Shown one piece after another: positions 1 to 11,550 of a stretch of 64,000 nt of DNA (position 1 is its first letter; each line of letters opens with the position of its first letter). Made by a program: the position numbers and the translations under genes. Source of the DNA: Phoronis australis (Eukaryota > Animalia > Phoronida); contig NMRA01000056.1 of NCBI GenBank assembly GCA_002633005.1, forward strand, positions 195,165 through 259,164, given 5' to 3'. The notes beneath the pieces are model-generated. The model made no database searches, was not told the DNA's origin, and saw only the letters and a list, made by a program, of their open reading frames with translations.

Positions 1-1243
1 AACTTTTATAAATTCTGTATTTGTAAGACCACGGTGCACTTGTGGCGAGAAATATTCACTTATTGAATGGAAACGGGGAGTTCATTCTCACAATTCACCA
101 CTTCCAACCTCAAGGACCAGTCACTTCAGTGGCTGCCTTTTTCATAGGATAGGCTCGTAAGCTTCAAAGCATGTTGTCAAACTCTCGTCTTTCACCTGTG
201 TCTTGAGCTCTGTTTTTCCCCGCAAGAAACTTGGCTAATGGAATGGTCACCCGTTGCCTGACTCTGTGCCTCGTTTGAAACAGAGCTACCTGAATAGAGG
301 AGTCGCAAGTCTAACTGCATATAGTACTCTGTGGAGTTGCACTTCTGAAAAGAATTAATATTCAACTTGCATCGTCTTTGTTAAGTAAAAACAAAAGCTC
401 TGGTTTTAATCAGGTAGCTTTGAAAACGATTTTTATTACCATTTATTTAATAAGGCACATTGTGTAATTTGATTTGAGTGGCTTGGCTGGTTGCTTTTAA
501 AGCATCTGTTTGCTCATTTGATGTCTGTTATTTTGAAAGCAGCTTAGTGAAATTGGTTGAAAATTGACTCGCGTATTTTTGGGTCAATATGGTTTACTTC
601 CTGATTTCAAGCCCAGTCGGACCGTAACAGTTATTAGCGTATCGTGTATGCATGTCTTTAGGGCAATTCACGTGTAAGTGAAGGCTATGCCTTAGAACAG
701 CACACATGCACCTGTGTGCAAAATGCTTTTTGAATAAACCAAATGAGCAAAATTAGAAATATAATATACGACTGAATCTTGACTTAACTATTTACACAAC
801 ACCTGATGTTGACCAGTGTGTTCAATTGAACATCAAAGTGGCTATGAATAGCTTTCCGTGACAAAACACAGAAGTAGGCCAATTACCGTTTTAAAATTGG
901 TCTCAAATTGTTCCTTAGTCAAAATAGATTTGATTTCCATTGATTTTGTTCTTGTTTTGAAGTACTTAGTCTACCAGTGTTTTGGTTTTGAATACTGTGA
1001 GTTAGCTTTCCTGAAGTACACGTCATGAAACCAGGAACTCTGTGGAGTTCTTTGATTGCTTCAACAAAGCGATTCATCACCACTAACTTGATTTAATCCA
1101 GTTTGAAATTGGGGATTTTACCGTGACCTAATTATCACTACTTGGAACTTTATATAGCAACCGTCTGTGTCAATAAGTGACTGTGGTTACTGATATTCAA
1201 AAAAGAAGATTTCGATTGTTCTTCCCATGCCAAGAATTGTACA

Positions 1244-1610
1244 ATGACATTTGGATTACTTCAAAATCCAACTGCTGCAAAGTGGTTTGGTAATTGGCCC
1301 AACTATGTTGCACACCCAGCAGAGGTATATATTATTGGAACATTAAATATTTTACCGTAGGTTGCAAAGTCGCATCCAATTTTCAAAATTCAAAAACATG
1401 GCCTCATGCTTTTCACAAACTATTCAGATATGCTAATTACAAACTTTTAAAATTGAAATTTAAAAATATTATTGGTGCCCCCAGTGTGTTTATGATGGTC
1501 TCATTATCTAGAGGACGAAAATATCAACAGCCTGGGGCAATTTAATGGTGTCTTTGATCTAAACTGGTAGCTTGTGTGGTGCACAAACCGGTGGAGTTGC
1601 CCAATCTCGA
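1244..1610 (+). repeat. Diverged dispersed repeat family G, copy 1
   Basis: Colinear with 5196-5502 (TCAAAATCCAA.TGCTGC...CAACTATGTTG.ACACCCAG...ATTATCTAGAG...GTCTTTGATC...TTGCCCAATCT). Confidence 0.7.
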
Positions 1611-2066
1611 CTACTTAGGGTTTCAAGGGAGAATTCTTTTCATGCCAAATTCGATTTAACTTTCACACCGCTGGGTGTTGACCGTTTAAATCTGAGATTT
1701 ACGCTTTGCCACTGACCAAAACTTCTCAAAACCGAATAGGAAGTTGCAAGGGTAGTAGGACGACCAATCATTTATAATATATTCAACAAACTCTCCAAGG
1801 AATGATGCTCTGTTTTATGTGCCTTGATTGCGTGTCAAGGTTCCTGGAATGAGTAAGTCTAAATCGGATTGCTGACAACGCAACAGATTTTTTCTTATTA
1901 CGAATGAAAATTCTTTTCTTTCTTCGGTATGCCTGCACTCCACTGTCCAAACGTGTGTAGCATCCTTTTAAAATCTTTTCAGATCTTAGTGGTACAAATC
2001 ACAGGCATGTTGTGGCCAGTTTCTTTTGTTTTGTGGCTGGGAAGCCGAGATCACCTGTTCCTATTG

Positions 2067-2553
2067 CTCATGAGGCAACTGCTACGCTAACATTCGGGGT
2101 TTTGTTACCCCAACGGCTGAGCGACCTTAAGCCAGACTATGACTAACCAGTCATAATTGATTCACAAATTAATGTGGGCGGCTAATTAGCCGTACTTCTG
2201 AAGAAAACCTGTTCGCTAATTTCTCTTATAATGCATCAATTTTAAAAATTCAAAGGCGACTAATATATACTTTTCAATTTTAAAAACAGTCATGATGGTC
2301 GTTTCTCTTACTTATTGTTCATTTTTTTACTTTGAAGCTAGTAGGCTAAACAGGCGCGTTGGTTTAAGATGCAATTATCTCAATCAATAAACATTCGGCT
2401 AAGCCCATGAATAGCGACTAGCTCACTTCAATCTCTGATGGCGCCATGAAGCCTTTGATGTGCTGAGGAATTCGGCGAATACTCTGGGGTGAACAGTGCA
2501 TGCTTTCTTGTCCAATTGCGTGCAAATCCTGTTAGTGTAAGATTTTCCTAATA
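2067..2553 (+). mobile_element. MITE family B (~480 bp), copy 1
   Basis: Starts CTCATGAGRCAACTCCTACGCTAACA and ends TGTTAGYGTAAGATTTTCCTAAT (imperfect ~26-bp TIR); 7 colinear copies in window. Confidence 0.85.
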
Positions 2554-3194
2554 TCCTAATGCTGCTTCTTTCTTTGCTGTGTTGCCACACAATAGGTTGA
2601 CTTGGCTTGTGCACACGAAACTACCCTGATAGCAGGTCCTGGAATAGAACTTTTTGTGCTGCAAGTAGGAAAACACATTGTTTCACTGGTTTGATTTTAG
2701 AAATGTCCGGCCTATTCAAGGAGTCCTGTCAGAAAATATTACATACATGGGTACTTATTAAGTTTATCCAACTTTCTGCCGTCCGAATTGCAAACCACAT
2801 CACAGCACTAATGCTTTGCTAGCATTAGAATGTTGAATATAATTGCAGCTGAAAAGCAAGGCACCAACAAATAACACAAGAAACTTCAACGGTGTGAAAA
2901 CGAGGCCAGAGAACTGCTTGATGGGTATTGCAGCATTGTGGGTAAATACTGTGAGATTCAAGTGTGGCTTTGTAGCCTAATCTAGGAGCATCCTCTTGGA
3001 TGTTTTATTTTAACCTATACAATGCAGAGATATTTGAATTGGGGAGCAAAGCAATTAAATATCTTTTTACGTACTATATTGCCATAATAGTCACCTTTTG
3101 AGAAATCGGAAACCCGGTAATACAGTCTTTTGGGAAACCCTAAACAGTCATTGGAAACAACAGTAAAAAAAATCAAGTCACCTGCGTGCGTGTT

Positions 3195-3198
<4 letters not shown>

Positions 3199-3227
<29 letters not shown>
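3199..3227. repeat. (TG)n microsatellite
   Basis: Direct observation. Confidence 0.95.
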
Positions 3228-3230
<3 letters not shown>

Positions 3231-5195
3231 CTTGTTTCATTGAATTGTTCATTTTCCTGAATAGGGGAGGTGTCTTGAATATTTGATGAACATATTTAGA
3301 AGTGCTTAAAACTGCTTGTCACCATTCAATTGGCTGAATACTCTTTATTAATAAATCAATGTCACAACATTTCTTACCAAGATAGGGTTCTGATTCCATT
3401 TCCAACAAGAATATCAAAACCATCAGCTACTCAACAAAATGCTTCTGACTTTATTTTGAGATGATTTTGCGAGAGCAAAAGGTCTTATTCAATTTTCGTT
3501 TTTAGCCTGCTGAACTGGGCTAAATGCAACTATTCACACAGGGAGGTACTAGGTTCCAAACCTGGCACTTATAATTATGAAACTTTAAATTGTCATTTTG
3601 TTTGTGGGCATCATGTCAACACCCTATTCAACTATTGTTAGGGGACCTGCAAGCAAGGTTCCGGTAACAAGACATTCAATTCTTGGGCCTCCCTTTCATA
3701 AAATGGAGCCCTGTTTGCAGGCCATTTGACTGATCCTATCAATGATTTTGGGTCTGAATACTCATTCCCTTTCAATATTGAATTTCCCTTTCTGGGCCTA
3801 GAAATCAACCTCAATCGAACAAAAACTCACCTCAAGGCTAGAATCAGTTTCATGCCACACAGACATCAATTTTGGTTACTGCAGGTGGGGACCAGAGGAA
3901 ATTGTTGCAACCCTGTTGGATAAAATTTCTCTAGCATTGACAGATTCCCTTTAAGTGAACCAAGGCCCTAGTTTCTCCTAACACCAGACGGATTCTACTT
4001 TGGACTCATTGTAAGTCATACATCAGACAAGTTTTCTGAATTCTTAGTTGTAAGGAACATATGTCTGCAGGCGTTTATATTCTAGAATAAATGTCACTTG
4101 GTTCTATTCGTTATCAGTACACATCAGGTCGTTGTGTGAATTTTCTATCAACTGGTTATCATTTTGTAGTAAGTTTGTCTAGTTTTGATGTTGTGGAAAT
4201 ATGTCTCTCTTCATAAAAGTGTGCTGTGCCAACTTCAATACATGTAAAATATCTTAATCACGTGATTTTCATCAAAGCAACTTTGAGTGAAGGACTGTTT
4301 GCAAAGCACATTGAAACTATAAGACTACGGTTTTGCGCCCCAGATGAACCATTTTGAAATCTACTCTGGCCCTGTGCTCCTTGCCTTTTCTTCGAAAACC
4401 GAGATGGAATGATTCAAAAAATTTTTTTTTGAATCGGAATTTAGCCTTGAGATGTGCCACTTGATGGAGTGGTTGCTTAATAACTAGAAGTCAGGTCTGC
4501 TGCTTGATGATGAATTTGATCTGTATTTATTCAAGGTCTTGCTTGGGGAGTAGTACCTAAGCAGTTGATCATTATGAAGATGATACACGTATATTTTCCG
4601 AGTCGAAATTAATAACATCCAAAGTAAACCTGCCCAGGTAACCTAATCCTACCGACTTTGTGTCTGCAGGCTGTGTCACAGCATTTTCATATAGTGTAAG
4701 AAACTAAGGTTTTGTTTCATAGTTAACAGCCTGGAGAAAATTTACTGGTATCAAGTAGTATGGTGGTAATGTGTAAGCTTGAAATTTGACATTCATAAAT
4801 CTTTGTCATTGTCCTCATGGTATGTTGTTCTTTAGGTTTCTGCAGTGTGGCCTGATCTTGTTGGTCTATGCAGGGTTGGATATGGCGAGCTGCACCTGGT
4901 CAATGAAACCTCAGATTTTGTTTGGTGACCTGCGGTAAAAATCCTAGGTCACCACGCTCACATCCGAGCACGCACTTAAAATACGACAGGAAGTAAGCAG
5001 ACGGTAGTCGGTTTTGTTTGGAAAAACTGACTGTTCGTAACTCATGCACAGACAATATGTCCTGTTCATCTTAACTGAACAGGTTGTAGGAGGTGACCAT
5101 GTGTAGCATACTGGGCACAAAGGGGCTAACTGCGATCACTTGATACACTCCTAATTTACTCTTCAACTAAAAAACACTTGCCACGAATTGCTCGA

Positions 5196-5502
5196 TGACA
5201 CTTGGCTTACCTCAAAATCCAATTGCTGCTTGCTGGTTTGGTAGTTGGTGCAACTATGTTGTACACCCAGAGTGAATTAAGAACATTGCATAGCAACATT
5301 ATACAAAAGTTTTATGTTGTAAAAGTCACATTTCAAAACAAAAATTTAAAACCACTAATGTGTGTGTGTGATGGGTCTGATTATCTAGAGAACCATGACA
5401 TCAGCAGCCTGAGGGGATGTAACTAACTACAACAACATGGCGTCTTTGATCAGTACTGGCAATTTTGAGGTTCAAAAACCGTCAATTTGCCCAATCTTGA
5501 CC
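5196..5502 (+). repeat. Diverged dispersed repeat family G, copy 2
   Basis: See copy 1. Confidence 0.7.
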
Positions 5503-6932
5503 GGTGCAATGCAGGATTATTTTCATGAATTAAACAAATGCTGCATAGGCGATCTCGTGTGCTCTGACAGACATTCTTGCACAGTTTGCTGGTTCTTCAA
5601 TTCAGATAGTATTTTCATTACCCATTGCTGGCAGCCATGCATTGTTTGTGGGATCAGGACTTTCCTGGCGCTCCCTCAATAACATGACACGGTTTCCTTG
5701 TTGTGGCGATCTCATTTCCCATTTGTCGTCTTGGGAATGTTGTCAGATCGACTTGGGAATGTTGTCAGATCGCTTTTGGCAGTTTGACGTTATGCTAAGT
5801 GTCAAGCTATGCTTTGTGTGTTTAAAGAGTCGTAAAAGTGGTTGATCACACTGTTAATTGGCTTGTTTCTTTCACTGTCCATCACAAAATGTGATGACCC
5901 TTTAACAGTCTTCATTGCATGCCATATTGAACGTCGTAACATTGACGTTAAAATCTCACCAATTTAGGACACAACATGGCGATCAAGTGATTTTTTGTTT
6001 TTGTCAATTTTTCATAAACCCTAAGTTGCACCATCCTTAAGTTTGTTACCATTTCTAAGTTGTGGACGACAGCTACCATCAGACAAAATTTTGCGAAACA
6101 GCAACATTCACAGCAATGGCAGAAGCCTTTAAGAATTCAAAAGAGAAAAAAGTTCTAGCAATTATTGTCGTCAGAAACTGATGAGATTTTACTGTAAATA
6201 TGCTTACGTAAGATTGTTTAATTTCTGTCATAATAATTTGCCTAAAAAGTGACCTTGAAGTTTTTCACGGCCTCGTTTTGCTGAAAAAGCTTACGGCTTT
6301 CCCATGTTTGGTGGCTATTGTACGATGCAAATCATCTCACCATGAAGTGAAACTCTTGATATTTTGTTCAGACAAATGACGAATGAATCTCACATTGCTC
6401 TGCTTCATTATGTCCTGGTTTGAAAACTATTTGGTACAGGTGAGGTACCATGTAATGTCATTCTTTGCCTATTTAGTGTGGAATGTGCCACGCATCTGAA
6501 ATTTATGAAGCAAAGTTTCCTCAAATTTGAACGAAAATAATTGCAGAAATTGTCATTTTCCATTTTTCAAAAGCTCGTTGCATTGTTAAAAAATACTTAA
6601 AATTTAATCAGGTGTTTGCCGAAAACAAATGCACATTTGTTTATACTTGTTGAAATTTTGGCTGTTCAGCCTTCTTGTGTTTAGAACAGACATTTTCTGT
6701 TTTATATCCAAAAAACCCAGTTTTGGAATTATTGTTCACGGAAAAATACTTTCAAGTTTCTAGCTTTGACTAGAATTATCATAAAACTACAAAATATGTT
6801 GTGTTTTCCGATCTTATCACAAATCGCTGGTTCTTCCCATTGTCTGCCAGATATTCATTGAAACCAAGGCGGACCGCATGACTTATCATTTAAGTATGCT
6901 TAAAATATTTTTACTATTTACTGCATGGAATT

Positions 6933-6984
6933 TGGCTCAGGGGCAGAGCGCTCTATCACGGAGGTAGTGGGTTTGATTCCGTGC
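6933..6984 (+). mobile_element. tRNA-derived SINE head relic
   Basis: Pol III A-box TGGCTCAGGGG (6933) and B-box GGTTTGATTCC (6970); no full cloverleaf. Confidence 0.45.
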
Positions 6985-7120
6985 AACTGTTATTTTCTGT
7001 AAATCACATTTCTCACTGAGAACTCCCTCTTAACATGAAGAAACTTGATCTAACATCTCAACAAAAATAACAATTGAGAAAATTTAGAAAATATTTTGGG
7101 GAGTTTCAGTGGGTATTAGT

Positions 7121-7330
7121 GGATAACTTCAAGCCTGTATCGAAGTTAACGACACAAATTAACTTGCAGTTGTAGATGGATTTAACCGACTGTGGCGTCG
7201 ACGCTTTGTTTGATGCGGTATGAACAGTTAGCTTGATGCCTTGCAGTTATAGATGGATTTAACCGACTGTGGCGTGGATGCTTTGTTTGATGCAGTATTA
7301 ACGGTTAGCTCGATGCATTGCAGTTATCCG
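7121..7330 (+). mobile_element. Family A-related fragment with internal 77-bp tandem duplication
   Basis: ATCGAAGTTAAC...GGATTTAAC...GTCGACGC...GTATGAAC motifs of family A; 7164-7240 repeated at 7241-7327. Confidence 0.55.
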
Positions 7331-8348
7331 CATTCGTTGCTATCAATAATGACTAATGTTATGACGGCAGCCAGCGGAGCAATTTATTTCATTTATTATG
7401 ACTTCAAATTTTAAAAAATCACCCTTGCATATAGTGAATGCTTTACTTGGTGTTGTTCTATGCCATCTTCAATAATAACTACAGTTGGTAATGGACTTAA
7501 ATTTCTTAATGTTCACTTTTGCTGAGACGTTTGGCAAAATTGAATTTCATTTATCCACTCCACGTGCTAAATGGGTGGATAATTTAGTACCATCAGAATT
7601 TTTTATTTTCTGAAAAGGAAAGTATTCTGAAAGTGCTATTCTTGGTTGCAAGATACGAAAGTAAAAGTTGAGCAGAGGCAATGCTGTCTGAATTGACTCT
7701 GGGGGAAAATTCTTTATTTTTTTCTTCGTTACAAATAGTAATTCGCACAATTTATGGTCGTTTAGGACTACTACTATTTTTCCCAGTGCTGATGTATTGA
7801 TTAGTCTACAGCCACAGTGGGGGACTTTCAAATGGCAAAGTGGCGACTGATCAGTGGGACCAGATACCTGTGGCCTCAAGGGGATGGGGAGGCACTTCAT
7901 AACTTTTGTTTAACACTTAGTCGTCTAATCACATAAATTACAAAACGGCCTTTTTATGAAGTTTAACTGTTCCCCTGAGCCACCCCTGTGAGGACGAAGT
8001 ATCTCTTGATACAGTCAGGTGGCGATATTGTTCCACATGATCAAGCTGCCACTGCCTCCGGAAAGTCTCACATTAAGGATGAATACTGTACTGTAGTTAG
8101 AAACCAACCTTGAATCTCAAACAGGGTTGGATATTGGTACTTCAAATGTATTTCTCTGTCCAAATTTACCCGATTTTCAATATTTTCATCAGTTGTCAGA
8201 CTATCCTTAAGGTAGAGCAATTTCACTTAAATATTTTGAAGTTGCCTGCTCACTGTTATGTAAATGTTTACCCAAGTTTACTCTCTCTCTGATTTTTATG
8301 TATTCTTTGTGGATTTCAAGGATGTCAAATGGGTGTGATTCAGTGTTA

Positions 8349-8853
8349 AGGGCCTTTCATACTAACGTCGACGTGTCGATGGTTTGGGGAGTTGCGGTCA
8401 GTATGAACGCTTAACTCCGGTCCTGGATCGCAGTTAACAGCTCCAGTTAACATCGCAATTAACAGGTGGATTTAAGACCGCCGTGTCGACGCTGAGGTGC
8501 AGTATGAACGCTTAACTCCGGTCCAATCGAAGTTATCGCCAGGTGCCACTGTTATCGTCAACAGTTACAGAGTAGTGCCGTCACTAATAACTACTTATTT
8601 TTGCTCTAATGATAACCTATCAATTTAAAAATGAGTTTAATGTCATTTAGCACATTTAAATGTTCCCAAATTGTCACACTGAAAAAATCTTAGCATGCAG
8701 CGCTACCTTGCGATAACTTCGATGACGTCAGCGTCACCAACCCTGTACTTTGATGGTCATTAACTACCGAAGTTAGTATGAACGGTCCAGTTAACTGCGC
8801 TGTTTACGTTGACGCTCCGCTCAGACCGGAGTTAAGTCAAAATGAAAGGGCCT
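8349..8853 (+). mobile_element. PIF/Harbinger-like MITE family A, full copy
   Basis: TIRs AGGGCCTTTCAT...ATGAAAGGGCCT, TTA TSD on both sides (8346-8348, 8854-8856), internal CAGTATGAACG..TTAACT repeats; homologous to 47271 and 57603 copies. Confidence 0.9.
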
Positions 8854-9167
8854 TTAGGAACTTCATTGACTATACTGGACCCAATATCATCACCTTTTGG
8901 GCACTAGTTGCTTACACACGTCCCGCATTTTGAGAACCAGTTTGATGCAACAGATTCAACAGACAAAACTGGTTCTCAGAATCCGGAACCCCGGAAGTGA
9001 CTATTACCCCGATTTGATAAGGCTAGTCCATCAAAAGAACGAAAAAATTAAAGGCAAACATCTTGATTTGTGAGGCATCTCCTATCTTGACATTATCGCA
9101 AAGGATCTCCATGTTAGCAAGCAGTAGCATATGTTGATAAAAACGACTATGCATTTAAATCAGCTCA

Positions 9168-9210
9168 GCTTGACAAGTTTCGGCATTTATTAAAACACCA
9201 TCCTCAGAAG
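9168..9210 (-). ncRNA. Minimal type I hammerhead ribozyme motif
   Basis: CTT-CTGAGGA-T-GGTGTTT TAAT AAATGCC-GAAA-CTTGTC-AAG: intact CUGAnGA/GAAA/GUC core, 7-bp stem II, short stem I. Confidence 0.65.
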
Positions 9211-9554
9211 AAAAAACAGTGGCCACCTTGGTAGGCCCAACAACAAGTAATGATACACACAGACACTAGTTACAAGGGTGTATAACAATGGGCAAGACTA
9301 ACAATGACAACCTGTGGTGGAGTTGCCTATTTAGACAAGGCTTACACCAAATTGATGTGTAGAGCCTCACGAATTTTCAGCTCCCTTGTTGTTTCTTCTT
9401 GGTCTGTTATAGCAAAGTCATTGAATAAGAATTGTACATAACCGTGATTGGAGCTCTCTTGACGAATATTAATATGTGAACTTCTGTCAGAATTTAGATG
9501 GCCCTTTGTGTATCATTACTTGTTGTTGGGCCTACCAAGGTGGCCACTGTTTTT

Positions 9555-9598
9555 GCTTCTGAAGATTGTCTTTTAATAAACACTGAAGCATGTCAAGC
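9555..9598 (+). ncRNA. Degenerate minimal hammerhead ribozyme motif (second pLTR copy)
   Basis: GCTT-CTGAAGA-TTGTCTTTTAATAAACACT-GAAG-CATGTC-AAGC; GAAA mutated to GAAG, palindromic CATG loop 3, GCTT/AAGC stem I. Confidence 0.5.
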
Positions 9599-10671
9599 CA
9601 ATTTAAATCTATCGTTGTTTTTATCAACATATCTGGCTTGCAATTGTACGTCATCCACCAGTCAGAGACTTGCAGTAAGTTGCCCAGGAATTTTTACTGT
9701 AGGTGATTTGGCTACTTAGCATAGTCTATCGCCACTAAATTGCATTATGCCTTAGGATTATCCGGTAGGTACTGATGGAGTCTTTAATTTTTTTAATGCA
9801 ATGATAACTGTTGGAATGGTACAATTAGCAAAGTTTATTCCGATATTATTATCTATGGCTGCACATGATTGACGTCACCAATTCTGCCAGACCGACCAGC
9901 TGAGACAAATTGTGATTGGTCCTGGATGACTAGTGTTTTGGCTTACAGACCAGTCAGATGTCATGAACGACTGACCATCGGAACTAGTGAAATCAATCAA
10001 GTGCAGTCTATGTAAATAAGATTGTGAAACCACATTGAGGTAGTGAGCTTGTAGAATTTGATCATTCGCTGGCTCAACATTTGCACTACAGAATTTTTCT
10101 CCACTTTTGCGTTGTCGATTTCTCAATAGGACAGCTAACACCTATGAGCATACCATGTAACAGCCGTTGTTACCTGAGGATGTTTGCTGAAATTGCCGAC
10201 TAGAGCGTGAAAAATCCTTTATAGAGATTGGTACAAATAAGCCACATAGGCAATCACTCAATGTGTATCTTGTGACAGAAATTTCCCAGTTCATCATTTG
10301 GAAAATTCATCCATGTGTTTAATTAGTCAACGTTTCATTCATTTCTGATTACCTACGTCATGACACATATTTATGTACGTCACAGATGTTGTCAGGCGTC
10401 ATTTCCCCCATTTCTTAACGTCATGCTCATCAAAACAAATTTTTTATCGCCTAAGTGCAACCTCTTATAGCAACCAACGATGTGTCTTATGCCTGTAGCT
10501 ATTTCCTCCCTCAAATCTTAAACACTTTAAAAGGCTACTGAAGTACGGTACAAAACCATGCAATTAGTTTTAATTTAGTTTGTGAACAAATAATATATCA
10601 GAAATCACATAATATTATTTTTTATTCTTTCACATTTTTGTAAAAAAGTGTTTTTCCCAATGGTAATTCCT

Positions 10672-10696
10672 ATTGGCTAATGCGCATCTGACGTCA
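10672..10696. promoter_or_regulatory. CCAAT box + full CRE pair
   Basis: ATTGGCT 10672-10678 and TGACGTCA 10689-10696. Confidence 0.35.
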
Positions 10697-11089
10697 CTGA
10701 AGCAGTACTGTTCATCAAAACCACTTACTCTTCCATGTGTTTGTCAACCTGCTGGATTGTCACGGTTGGTTTGCTGGCATAGTGCTATTAAGATGGGAGG
10801 CGGGAGGGGGAGGTTGGGGCATGGAATACTCTCTCTACCTCAACAACTTGAGATGAGTGACAACCTGTCACCACGGTGATCTATGTTGTGGTAGTGGAGG
10901 GCAACTAACATTTCCGAAAAAAGTCTTTGTGCGTGACCTCGAAAATGACCTGCTGTTTTATTTTAAAAAATGTTTTGGTCATACCTGTGAGGGGGCTAAA
11001 TCCGGCTATGCGGTTTGTGCAGTGTCAAATTTCAGTGTGAACTTGCTTTGCACTGTGTCAAAGTTGCCCCAAAAGGACCGGCTGGGAAA

Positions 11090-11550
11090 ATGGACAAACT
11101 GGCTAACTTTGGAGCATAACGTCTCAAAAATTGCTTTTCAGATCCAGATGAAACTTTCAGATACTAAATTTTATGCATTGTTCTCTAAAAATGCCTTTGA
11201 AATATTGTATTTTTACAAGAGGGACTATCAAAATGGATTTACGATTTTATGAAAATCGTAAAAGTAGCATGAATCAAAAACAAAATGATAATTCAGTAGA
11301 TAACTGTAAAAGCATTTTAAGATTTCATCTTGAATATTTGTATCAAATAAAATATGTACTTGTTATTGCTGCAGTTGTTTTAGTGTGTATGAACCTTTCT
11401 TTTTTTGTAAAATTTTATTGAAAAGACATGATCATGTGACCCAATCAAAGGCAGATCGTATGAAGTTAAAGTCAAATTCCACAGGCTTTCTATCTCTCGA
11501 AAATGTACACTTACCAAGTTGAAATTGATTGTTTTGTAGATTTTAGGCTA
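11090..11550 (+). mobile_element. Repeat family F copy
   Basis: GGCTAACTTTGGAGCAT...AAACTTTCAGAT...AAAAGACATGATCATGTGACCCAAT blocks shared with other F copies. Confidence 0.5.

Larger units (their letters stand above)
9129..9632 (-). mobile_element. Penelope-like retroelement remnant (GIY-YIG C-terminus between inverted pseudo-LTRs)
   Basis: Inverted repeat 9129-9270 / 9506-9632. Minus strand ~9325-9426 reads FNDFAITDQEETTRELKIREALHINLV then (frameshift) KPCLNR, typical of the PLE GIY-YIG end. Hammerhead motifs in the repeats. Confidence 0.75.

Noticed and set aside
6933-6984. Functional tRNA gene (also 45225-45306)
   Set aside because: Only A/B boxes are recognisable; no acceptor or anticodon stems or poly-T terminator, so treated as SINE relics.
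9498-9719. 73-aa ORF with GCA|GTAAGT donor
   Set aside because: Lies in the Penelope inverted repeat and is phase 0.
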